From Mizuhopecten yessoensis (Eukaryota): a DNA stretch of 64,000 bases. Shown piece after piece: positions 38,760 through 51,359 of this stretch. The translations under genes and the position numbers were made by a program. The notes under the pieces were generated by a model. That model was not told the DNA's origin and did not search any database. It saw nothing but the letters and a program-made list of their open reading frames with translations. The DNA lies in assembly GCF_002113885.1 (NCBI RefSeq), contig NW_018480038.1, positions 458,911 to 522,910 of the forward strand. The letters run 5' to 3'. Positions within the stretch are counted from its first letter, which is position 1. Every line of letters starts with the position of its first letter.

Positions 38760-40480
38760 ATTCACTCCAGTTTAATCCACTCCTGTTAATACCACATCAG
38801 AATGGCTAGCCACATTCACCCCTGCTAAATAACACGCCATAATGTGTCGTCACATCTACTCCTGTTAAGAACGCATCGGAACATGGAGTCACATCAACTC
38901 CTGTAAATAACACATCACAATGTGTTGTATTAATAACACATCAGAACGTATAGTCACATTCATTCCCGTAAACAACACATTAGAATGTGAAGTCACATTC
39001 ACTCCTGTTAATAACACATCAGAATGTGTAGTTACATTCACTCCTGTTAATAACACATCAGAATGTGTAGTTACATTCACTCCTGTTAATAACACATCAG
39101 AATATGTAGTCACATTCACTCCTGTTAATAACACATCAGAATGTGTAGTTACATTCCCTCCTGTTAATAACACATCAGAATATGTAGGCACATTCACTCC
39201 TGTTAATAACACATCAGAATGTGTAGTTACATTCACTCCTGTTAATAACACATCAGAATGTGAAGTCACATTAACCCCTGTCAATAACACATCAGAATGT
39301 GTCGTTACATTCACCCCTGTGAATAACACATCAGAATGTGTAGTTACATTCAGTCCTGTTTATAACACAACATGATGTGTAGTTACATTCACTCCTGTTA
39401 ATAACACATCATAATGTGTAGTTACATTCACTCCTGTTAATAACACATCAGAATGTGTAGTTAAATTCACTCCTGTTAATAACACATCAGAATGTGTAGT
39501 CACATTCACTCCTGTTATTAACACAGAATGTGTTGTCACATTCACTCCTGTTATTAACACATCAAATGCGTAGTCACATTCACTCCTGTTAATAACACAG
39601 AATGTGTAGTCACATTCACTCCTGTTATTAACACATCAAATGCGTAGTCACATTCACTCCTGTTAATAACACAGAATGTGTACTCACATTCACTCCTGTT
39701 ATTAACACATCAAATGCGTAGTCACATTCACTCCTGTTAATAACACAGAATGTGTACTCACATTCACTCCTGTTATTAACACATCAAATGCGTAGTCACA
39801 TTCACTCCTGTTAATAACACAGAATGTGTACTCACATTCACTCCTGTTATTAACACATCAAATGTGTAGTCACATTCACTCCTATTAATAACACAGAATG
39901 TGTAGTCACATTCACTCCTGTTAATAACACAGAATGTGTAGTCACATTCACTCCTGTTATTAGCACAGAATGTGTAGTCACATTCACTCCTGTTATTAGC
40001 ACAGAATGTGTAGTCACATTCACTCCTGTTATTAACACAGAATGTGTTGTCACATTCACTCCTGTTATTAACACATCAAATGCGTAGTCACATTCACTCC
40101 TGTTAATAACACAGAATGTGTACTCACATTCACTCCTGTTATTAACACATCAAATGTGTAGTCACATTCACTCCTGTTAATAACACAGAATGTGTAGTCA
40201 CATTCACTCCTGTTATTAACACAGAATGTGTTGTCACATTCACTCCTGTTATTAACACATCAAATGTGTAGTCACATTCACTCCTATTAATAACACAGAA
40301 TGTGTAGTCACATTCACTCCTGTTAATAACACAGAATGTGTACTCACATTCACTCCTGTTATTAACACATCAAATGTGTAGTCACATTCACTCCTATTAA
40401 TAACACAGAATGTGTAGTCACATTCACTCCTGTTAATAACACAGAATGTGTAGTCACATTCACTCCTGTTAATAACACAT
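38760..40480. repeat. Minisatellite, 39-bp unit switching to 36/38-bp variants, about 45 copies
   Basis: Unit aataacacatcagaatgtgtagttacattcactcctgtt; explains the repetitive ORFs here. Confidence 0.95.
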
Positions 40481-40834
40481 CGGAACGCGTTGTTTTCGGT
40501 TACTAACAGCATGTATATCATGTGTTAATCTGTAGGTATCCAGATTTCGAGAACTGTTAAATATGTTATTTCGTTGCTTTTTATTGAAATGACATGTCGC
40601 TTCATTGAGTTTTCTCGATTATTTTTAATTTTACACGTTATCAGAGATCGGGACATTTGCAATTTAAAAGGCCAGTGAATAATGTATCACTGATGTCTTA
40701 TCAACTAACACAATCCATTAAAATGTTGATGCACTGTTATACAACGTTATGTGCGTTTAATTCTAATTAAGTTAATGGAGCACGATTAATGGAGCACGAA
40801 CTCCAGAAGTATTCCTCTAGAGCAAATCTTGATA

Positions 40835-42383
40835 CTACACACGCCTCACTTAACGGCAATCATTGTAATACCACCTCCAGCTACACACGCCTCACTTAAC
40901 GGCAATCATTGTAATACCACCTCCAGCTACACACGCCTCACTTAACGGCAATCATTGTAATACCACCTCCAGCTACACACGCCTCACTTAACGGCAATCA
41001 TTGTAATACCACCTCCAGCTACACACGCCTCACTTAACGGCAATCATTGTAATACCACCTCCAGCTACACACGCCTCACTTAACGGCAATCATTGTAATA
41101 CCACCTCCAGCTACACACGCCTCACTTAACGGCAATCATTGTAATACCACCTCCAGCTACACACGCCTCACTTAACGGCAATCATTGTAATACCACCTCC
41201 AGCTACACACGCCTCACTTAACGGCAATCATTGTAATACCACCTCCAGCTACACACGCCTCACTTAACGGCAATCATTGTAATACCACCTCCAGCTACAC
41301 ACGCCTCACTTAACGGCAATCATTGTAATACCACCTCCAGCTACACACGCCTCACTTAACGGCAATCATTGTAATACCACCTCCAGCTACACACGCCTCA
41401 CTTAACGGCAATCATTGTAATACCACCTCCAGCTACACACGCCTCACTTAACGGCAATCATTGTAATACCACCTCCAGCTACACACGCCTCACTTAACGG
41501 CAATCATTGTAATACCACCTCCAGCTACACACGCCTCACTTAACGGCAATCATTGTAATACCACCTCCAGCTACACACGCCTCACTTAACGGCAATCATT
41601 GTAATACCACCTCCAGCTACACACGCCTCACTTAACGGCAATCATTGTAATACCACCTCCAGCTACACACGCCTCACTTAACGGCAATCATTGTAATACC
41701 ACCTCCAGCTACACACGCCTCACTTAACGGCAATCATTGTAATACCACCTCCAGCTACACACGCCTCACTTAACGGCAATCATTGTAATACCACCTCCAG
41801 CTACACACGCCTCACTTAACGGCAATCATTGTAATACCACCTCCAGCTACACACGCCTCACTTAACGGCAATCATTGTAATACCACCTCCAGCTACACAC
41901 GCCTCACTTAACGGCAATCATTGTAATACCACCTCCAGCTACACACGCCTCACTTAACGGCAATCATTGTAATACCACCTCCAGCTACACACGCCTCACT
42001 TAACGGCAATCATTGTAATACCACCTCCAGCTACACACGCCTCACTTAACGGCAATCATTGTAATACCACCTCCAGCTACACACGCCTCACTTAACGGCA
42101 ATCATTGTAATACCACCTCCAGCTACACACGCCTCACTTAACGGCAATCATTGTAATACCACCTCCAGCTACACACGCCTCACTTAACGGCAATCATTGT
42201 AATACCACCTCCAGCTACACACGCCTCACTTAACGGCAATCATTGTAATACCACCTCCAGCTACACACGCCTCACTTAACGGCAATCATTGTAATACCAC
42301 CTCCAGCTACACACGCCTCACTTAACGGCAATCATTGTAATACCACCTCCAGCTACACACGCCTCACTTAACGGCAATCATTG
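40835..42383. repeat. Perfect 46-bp tandem array, about 34 apparently identical copies, ending at an N
   Basis: Unit ctacacacgcctcacttaacggcaatcattgtaataccacctccag. Confidence 0.97.
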
Positions 42384-42384
42384 N

Positions 42385-43075
42385 TTCATTGTAATATAAT
42401 CTCCAGCTACAACGACACAACACGGAGATCATTGTAATACAACCTCCAGATACAACGACACAACACGGAGATCATTGTGATACAACCTCCAGCTACAACG
42501 ACACTACATGGAGATCATTGTAATATCACCTCCAGGTACAACGACACAACACGGATATCATTGTAATACAACCTCCAGCTACAGCGATACAACACGGAGA
42601 TAATTGTAATACAACCTCCAGCTACACCGACACAACATGGAGTTCATTGTAATATAATCTCCAGCTACAACGACACAACTCGGAGATCATTGTAATACAA
42701 CCTCCAGATACAACGACACAACACGGAGATCATTTTAATACAACCTCCAACTACAACGACACAACACGGAGATTATTGTAATACAACCTCCAGCTACGAC
42801 GACACAACATGGAGTTCATTGAAATATAATCTCCAGCTACAACGACACAACACGAAGATCATTGTAATACAACCTCCAACTACAACGACACACCACGGAG
42901 ATCATTGTAATACAACCTCCAGCTTCAACGACACAACACGGAGATCATTGTGATACAACCTCCAGCTACAACGACACAACATGGCGTTCATTGTAATATA
43001 ATCTCCAGCTACAACGACACAACACGGAGATCATTGTAATATCACCTCCAGCTACAACGACACAACACGGATATC
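42385..43075. repeat. 43-bp degenerate tandem array, about 16 copies, sharing a core with the 46-bp array
   Basis: Unit tcattgtaatacaacctccagctacaacgacacaacacggaga. Confidence 0.93.
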
Positions 43076-43182
43076 TAATGGAATGATCCGCCAAACAACG
43101 TTTCGCTGTAAAATTCATTATGACGTATCAATAAAGATACGCTCTTTGACTCAATTTTATATGTAAATTTTGAACAGTTCAT

Positions 43183-43400
43183 GGCCCGTATTAATGAAAG
43201 TGTTCTCATGCTCAAGCACGGATTATGTGCTAAAACCAATTTTCTGTCAACTAAAAATATTCTGCCTTAAGTTTTTTCAATTTGTTTCCAAATCATTGAC
43301 AAAATAGAAAAAAAAATGATTAATTTATAATCGGAACAAGAAATTAGGCTTGAGCACAAATCCATCCTTGAGCATGATAACTGTTTCATAAATACGGTCC
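43183..43400. mobile_element. MITE (PIF/Harbinger-like termini), about 220 bp, copy 1
   Basis: Imperfect TIRs of about 50 bp: ggcccgtattaatgaaa...ctcatgctcaag and cttgagcatgataa...ttcataaatacggtcc; second copy at 60170. Confidence 0.75.
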
Positions 43401-44914
43401 ATAATTGATTGGAAGCCCTCTGTACATATAATTAGTGTGATTTGGAAAAAGTAACAACGTCCGGTATTGGTTTATTTACATTGTATAAGAAACAATTTTG
43501 GTCGTGACAGAGCACATCATTCAAGTAAAAAGTCCACCATTGCATAATACTCACCGCATATTACCTTACCAAATGTAGAAAAAACATTTACTTCAGCTAT
43601 ATGGATCAATCATTGACGTCATCATTACTATGAAGTCCTGATAATAGTAACATTTGTGTATAATTTTATGACAAAATACCTAGCAATAATCCACCAAAAC
43701 ATAGTGTGATCAGTTAATTAGAGAAACTTAAATAATAAACCGTTTTAATCTAGATAAAGCAACCCATGGCACAAAGCTTAGGATGGAACCAAGCACTTAG
43801 TCAAAACTCGATCCGGGACGGAAGCAGTTATCGGAATGTAGAATTAATTAAAGTGGGGTTACCCTAATGTAAATAAGTATACATTAAGAAGTTAAGGACA
43901 GAATGGGCTGTCAATCGGGTATATAGACGTACAGTAAACACAGGTATGATTACAGGTGTGACAATACCAATCTATGCCTGTCTGATTAATATGGAGTTCT
44001 GCCTCGACGATTCCCGTTACATCTAAATGGCTGTTACTTCACGTCCCTGTAGCACCAGTATAAAGAACCCAGACTTCGTAAGAAAGGCGGACTTGTCGTG
44101 TTTACTCGGAGAGTGAATGCCATATTAATTGATTGTGAATGGAGGTACGATGTGGGATTGATAAATATATGGTCCCTTTAATATCGTATATGACACACGC
44201 CCCGTGAGTTGAGAAGGCCGGGTGAGTCTCCCTCAGTCCCACATTGACCGGGTCGTGTCCCGCTCCTCGGACCAACGCTGCAGAATACACACGACAGTGG
44301 GAGGGTTAACCGATATCACGGTTTAACTTAAACACACAAACCTGACAAATACTTAACGTTTACTTTGTATATTATTATAAATACACGAGGTGAAAGCCTG
44401 GGATTTAACGGACGTGTATTACCTCGGTCGTGTAGAGATCACCTGTTTTGATTGATGTGTGAAATATTGAAGACTGTTTTTATTGAAACTTATCGTTAGT
44501 TCTCTTACACAGTGAACGAGAACAGCATGTTTGGGGATCGAACCGCAATCTTCATCTGGGTCTAAGTCGGACCAATTCAGACAAAAATATGTTTTTGGAA
44601 AATATTTTATTATACGTTTTCTGGGATACTTTTCATTACAACTGTGACAAGTGTTTGTTAGTGTGAGTACAGCTCTCCAGAATGGCTGATGAGGATGGAG
44701 GCGCCTGGTACTTCATCACCGACAGTAACATCATCAAGAACTTGTAAGTTGAGGCCTGCTCCAATGTATATATCTGTCCCCATCATCCGAATAAGTGTGT
44801 GCTTCATATACTCATCTTTTATTTCTCATCAAAACATTCACGTTCATGATTCATATTCAAATTATTTTTGATAAAAACATTTTGCTTCAGTCTGTTGCCT
44901 GAAGGCAAAATAAA

Positions 44915-47440
44915 CACCATTAAACACCTCAGATTACTCACATCAATAAACACATCACACTACTGACAACATTAAACACCTCGGACTACTCACATCATTA
45001 AACACATCAGACTACTCACATCATTAAACACCTCAAACTACTCACATCATTAAACACTTCAGACTACTCCCATCATTAAACACATCGGACTACTCACATC
45101 ATTAAACACCTCAGACTACTCACATCATTAAACACCTCAGACTACTCACATCATTAAACACCTCAGACTACTCACATCATTAAACACCTCAGACTACTCA
45201 CATCATTAAACACCTCAGACTACTCACATCATTAAACACCTCAGACTACTCACATCATTAAACACCTCAGACTACTCACATCATTAAACACCTCAGACTA
45301 CTCACATCATTAAACACCTCAGACTACTCACATCATTAAACACCTCAGACTACTCACATCATTAAACACCTCAGACTACTCACATCATTAAACACCTCAG
45401 ACTACTCACATCATTAAACACCTCAGACTACTCACATCATTAAACACCTCAGACTACTCACATCATTAAACACCTCAGACTACTCACATCATTAAACACC
45501 TCAGACTACTCACATCATTAAACACCTCAGACTACTCACATCATTAAACACCTCAGACTACTCACATCATTAAACACCTCAGACTACTCACATCATTAAA
45601 CACCTCAGACTACTCACATCATTAAACACCTCAGACTACTCACATCATTAAACACCTCAGACTACTCACATCATTAAACACCTCAGACTACTCACATCAT
45701 TAAACACCTCAGACTACTCACATCATTAAACACCTCAGACTACTCACATCATTAAACACCTCAGACTACTCACATCATTAAACACCTCAGACTACTCACA
45801 TCATTAAACACCTCAGACTACTCACATCATTAAACACCTCAGACTACTCACATCATTAAACACCTCAGACTACTCACATCATTAAACACCTCAGACTACT
45901 CACATCATTAAACACCTCAGACTACTCACATCATTAAACACCTCAGACTACTCACATCATTAAACACCTCAGACTACTCACATCATTAAACACCTCAGAC
46001 TACTCACATCATTAAACACCTCAGACTACTCACATCATTAAACACCTCAGACTACTCACATCATTAAACACCTCAGACTACTCACATCATTAAACACCTC
46101 AGACTACTCACATCATTAAACACCTCAGACTACTCACATCATTAAACACCTCAGACTACTCACATCATTAAACACCTCAGACTACTCACATCATTAAACA
46201 CCTCAGACTACTCACATCATTAAACACCTCAGACTACTCACATCATTAAACACCTCAGACTACTCACATCATTAAACACCTCAGACTACTCACATCATTA
46301 AACACCTCAGACTACTCACATCATTAAACACCTCAGACTACTCACATCATTAAACACCTCAGACTACTCACATCATTAAACACCTCAGACTACTCACATC
46401 ATTAAACACCTCAGACTACTCACATCATTAAACACCTCAGACTACTCACATCATTAAACACCTCAGACTACTCACATCATTAAACACCTCAGACTACTCA
46501 CATCATTAAACACCTCAGACTACTCACATCATTAAACACCTCAGACTACTCACATCATTAAACACCTCAGACTACTCACATCATTAAACACCTCAGACTA
46601 CTCACATCATTAAACACCTCAGACTACTCACATCATTAAACACCTCAGACTACTCACATCATTAAACACCTCAGACTACTCACATCATTAAACACCTCAG
46701 ACTACTCACATCATTAAACACCTCAGACTACTCACATCATTAAACACCTCAGACTACTCACATCATTAAACACCTCAGACTACTCACATCATTAAACACC
46801 TCAGACTACTCACATCATTAAACATCTCAGACTACTCACATCATTAAACACCTCAGATTAAGTACACCATGAAATACCTTAGACTACGTATACCACAAAA
46901 CACCTCAGACTACTTACACCATTAAACAACTCAGACTACTTACATCATTAAACACCTCAGACTACCTACACCATTACATACCTTAGACTACTTACATCAT
47001 TAAACACCTCAGACTACCTACACCATTAAATACCTTAGACTACTTACATCATTGAACAACTCAGACTTCTTACATCATTAAACGCCTCAGACTACTCACA
47101 TCATTAAACACCTCAGACTACTCACATCATTAAACACCTCGGACTACTCACATCATTAAACACCTCAGATTAAGTACACCATGAAATACCTTAGACTACG
47201 TATACCACAAAACACCTCAGACTACTTACACCATTAAACAACTCAGACTACTTACATCATTAAACGCCTCAGACTACCTACACCATTAAATACCTTAGAT
47301 TACGTAAACCACAAAACACCTCAGACTTCTACACCATTAAACACTTCAGACGATTTATATCATTAAATGCCTCAGACTACTTACATAATTAAACGCCTCA
47401 GACTACCTACACCATTAAATACCTTAGATTACTTACATCA
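44915..47440. repeat. 26-bp minisatellite, about 95 copies, with a perfect core (about 45095-46820) and degenerate flanks
   Basis: Unit catcattaaacacctcagactactca. Confidence 0.97.
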
Positions 47441-48551
47441 TTTGTTTTATGAAAAACTGAATGAATATGATATAATTTGTTGACGGTAGAATAAATGATT
47501 TAAAATATATTTCTGTTATGACACATTTAAAACTTGAATTATTAAACGAACATTTATATTGATATATATTGTTTATTTTGATAAAATCGGCTAGTTTAAC
47601 TGATGATGTGTTTACTTTGGGAAAACATGTGTTCATGCATGTGTTTGGTCTCGACATTTTGCACTGTCGACTAACTAATGCCTAAATCGAATCGAATTGT
47701 CAAATTATAGACCGGTAATCTTCTTTATTTTCTGTCTCCGTTCATGTTTAAATGGCAGTTACCTTAGAATCTAGTGGTTTGATTTAATACACTATGATTG
47801 CCTTTTATCGACATGAACGCCTTTTAGGACGATCAAGGTGAGGCTTTTGACGGCCTACAGGACGTAATCTTTGACTTATATACTTCGCTGAATCTTGTCA
47901 CTCAACAATGCATGTACGTACTGTTCCTCTGTCATCGTTTGGAATTAAATTGCATCAAGTGTCGTTTTAGGACAGAAGGATGTGCGTCATCTTTTTACGC
48001 AAATGTTGCCATTGTGTGAGATTTATTATGTTGTACAAATGATGAAGCCGCTCTTTTGAAGTTTTAGTTATTTCATATCAACTTCAGAAATTCAACACGA
48101 CAGGAAATTAGCTGTATTTTTTCCCAATATTGGTTCTGAAGCTCCTTTGTAGTATATGGAAAGAGCCCCCGATAAAACCTCTAGCAGGTGTATGGGATTA
48201 TGTACGTTGGGTGCTTCCAACACGTAGCGCAACACATGCCTCTTTAGACGCTTCCAGGACGTGTCGTACACGAGGTTTATTAGTGACGCTTCACGACGTG
48301 GTGTACTGGAATCCGATTTGGACGCTTTCATGACGTCATGTAACATAGTCTTGTCCTTTTAGATGTCCTCGTGACGTGGCGTAACAAAAACGTTTTCGCG
48401 GTTTCAGGACGTCGCGTACCTGAAGACCCTTTATACGATTCCGGAACATTTCGTATTTTCAGATCCTTGGTGCAATTCATTGCATATTGCTGTGATAGAA
48501 AATCTTATTTAGCAAATTATATTTGGCTTTTTATATGGTTTGCTCACTTTT

Positions 48552-48603
48552 GAAACCGATGGGTCGAAGACTCAAGGTAATAAAGAACTTGAACTTGAAC
48601 TTG
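48552..48603 (+). mobile_element. Possible 3' tail of a non-LTR retroelement
   Basis: AATAAA directly followed by (GAACTT)3. Confidence 0.35.
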
Positions 48604-49054
48604 CATGAACTCTTTAGTGTTCCTTAAGAATATTTAATGTTGTGCTTTCGAAATCTAGCGTGTTTGTCTCGCCGCTACCTCTGGCAGGAAGTTAGGTTAT
48701 CTCAAACCTAGGTATGTTACGTGTATTGTGCTTTATTGTTTATCTCCCGGTCCCCGTGTGTCTGATCATGACACGGAAGTTTGGACCCGGCATAGGCACA
48801 CGTGACGTTAAGTTGATGACGACTGTATGAGGCGGTACGTCAAACTTGAGCTGGTTTATGCTGATTGATCAGCCGTTTGTGATTCGTCTATCAAGTCAAT
48901 AAAGTGAACAAAACTTGGAAATCAAATAAAACGGCGAAATACATACAATTTAAAACCCACACAAATATTAATTACATGCATTGCCTTCGTCGATATCCAT
49001 TGAATACGTTAATGGAAACAATTTCAAAGATATTTGTATTTTATGTGTTGGTGA

Positions 49055-50030
49055 CTGGATATACCGAGGTGTCTATATCTGTGTATACTGTTGTATATCA
49101 TATGGCACGTGTCACAAGGTATTTATAACTACACTGGGTAGTGACGAAATATACTGGGGTGTAAATATGTGTATATAACGACACTGGAGAGTGACGGGAT
49201 ATACCGGGGTCTATATCTGTGTACTATAACTACCCTGGATAGTGACGGGATAAACCGGTGTCTATATCTGTGTACTTATACCGGGGTCTATATATGTACC
49301 AGAACTACACAGAATAGTGACGGGATATATCGGGGCCTTTATCTGTACTATAACTACACTGGATAATGACGGGATATACCGGGGCCTTTATCTGTACCAG
49401 AACTACACAGGATAGTGACGGGATATACCGGGCCTTTATCTGTACTATAACTACACAGAATAGTGACGGGATATATCGGGGCCTTTATCTGGAGTATGAC
49501 GACACTGGATAATGACGGGATATACCGGGGCCTTTATCTCTACCAGAACTACACAGGATAGTGACGGCATATACCGGGCCTTTATCTGTACTATAACTAC
49601 ACTGGATAGTGACGTAATATACAGGGGTCTATATCTGTACTATAACTTCGCTGGATAGAGACGGGATATATCGGGGTCCTTATCTGTACTATAACTACAC
49701 TGGATAATGACGGGATATACCGGGGTCTATATATGTACCAGAACTACACAGAATAGTGACGGGATATACCGGGGCCTTTATCTGTACCAGAACTACACAG
49801 GATAATGACGGGATATACCGGGGTCTATATCTGTACTATAACTACACTGGATAGTGACGGAATATACAGGGGTCTATATCTGTACTATAACTACACTGGA
49901 TAGAGACGGGATATATCGGGGTCCTTATCTGTACTATAACTACACTGGATAGAGACGGGATATACTGGGGTCTATATCTGTACTATAACTACACTGGATA
50001 GAGACGGGATATATCGGGGTCTATATCTGT
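49055..50030. repeat. 49-bp minisatellite, about 19 copies
   Basis: Unit gatagtgacgggatataccggggtctatatctgtactataactacactg. Confidence 0.93.
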
Positions 50031-50620
50031 GTATACGTTCTAAATGCGGCTTTGTTGAGATCGATGATAATTACGATTATATTTGCGTCAGGAATCACGT
50101 TTTGCATCTTTTACAAATTGTTTAACAATAGAGCCTAACTGATGATATAACGCATGGTTGCCATCTCAATGTTAAAACCCGTGTCTGGTCAATCAGAACC
50201 CAATGTCAGGCCGTGCTAACACTAGATAATCACCAGTTAGGAAAGATAATACTTGTTTTTTGTTTTGTTTTGAATTTGGATAAATATATATTGGCACGTG
50301 TTCCAGATTTTCTGAAAGATGCCAGTAGATATACATACAAATAATCGAAGTACATGTATGGACTTCGGAAAGTCAGGTAGTCACATGTTTTCCAAAGGAC
50401 TACATCTGGGTAGATTGGGCTCATACAGTCTACCCACATCGATACGGGGGCTACATAATGAATCGGGGCGAGGCTATATCGGCGGTAATATCATCCAGAA
50501 TGTATTATAGACAATAAACCCGTGTGTACCATTAGTATAGTCGAGTTTTTATAAGTATCAGTCCTTCGCGTACACGTATTGAATAACGTTACTTGTTGGT
50601 ATACCTTGTAAACACAGGGA

Positions 50621-51359
50621 CCTGAGAATTTGTTACAGCTTTATTTGGACCTAAAAAAGGGTGTTCAGAGTAATTTTACATTTTTATACGAGAAGGGCGG
50701 AGAGCCCTCGATGTCGAAAAGTCGACCCCACCTAACTTTCTTGCATCAAAAACAACATTTTTAGTTAGTTGATCTACGGGAAAATGCTTAGTACCGTTAG
50801 AAAGATGGATATTTTTACTTTTAAAAACCTCCTATTTGCACGTAAAATGTATTCTCCTTCTGTGGACATGATCTCTGTTTCCTGCAAAAGCAATCGCCAT
50901 TTCAGAGTTTCGAAGTTTTTCTCAGTCATCGTGCCACTTTATTGAATATTAATCAGGTTGAGGTCAGCACGTGCCGAAACATGCAGTGTTGGTTGGTTTA
51001 GCGAAAAAATGGATCCACTTCCAGCCAATCACATCACGGTCTCGGCAAGCGCAAACCGCAATCTCATTAATATAAAAAAAAAGTGGCACGACGACTGCGA
51101 AAGGAGAATACATTTCCGTGTATATAGGAGGTTTTTTAAATGAAAAGTAGCCATCTTTCCAACGGTACTAAGCATTTTCCCGTAGATCAACTAGAAATGT
51201 TGTTTTTGATGCAAGAAGGCTAGGTGGGGTCGACTTTTCGACATCTATGATCATTGGGGTGTCATTTTTTCCGAAAGTCGATCTAAACCCATAAAACATG
51301 TAAAATTACTCGGAACACCTTAGCTTAGGTCCAAATATAGCTGTAACAATTTCTCAGGG
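50621..51359. mobile_element. Foldback-type MITE of about 740 bp with very long imperfect inverted arms
   Basis: cctgagaatttgttacagct pairs with agctgtaacaatttctcagg; gatgtcgaaaagtcgaccccaccta with taggtggggtcgacttttcgacatc; agttgatctacgggaaaatgcttagtaccgtt with aacggtactaagcattttcccgtagatcaact. Confidence 0.85.

Larger units (their letters stand above)
43960..50484 (+). pseudogene. Possible decayed vWA-domain gene (exon candidates about 43960-44305, 44673-44743, 50307-50484)
   Basis: LSRMADEDGGAWYFITDSNIIKNL with donor GTAAGT joins in phase 2 to FSERCQ*IYIQ...YIWVDWAHTVYPHRYGGY; resembles a vWA C-terminal helix/strand; several stops. Confidence 0.3.

Noticed and set aside
38889-40521. Repetitive ORFs on both strands (TFTPVNNTSEC, LLTGVNVTTHS)
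   Set aside because: By-products of the 39/36-bp minisatellite; broken by 38-bp units and lacking splice context
40835-47440. CRISPR-like appearance of the regular arrays
   Set aside because: Units are head-to-tail with no unique spacers, no cas genes are present, and the context is eukaryotic
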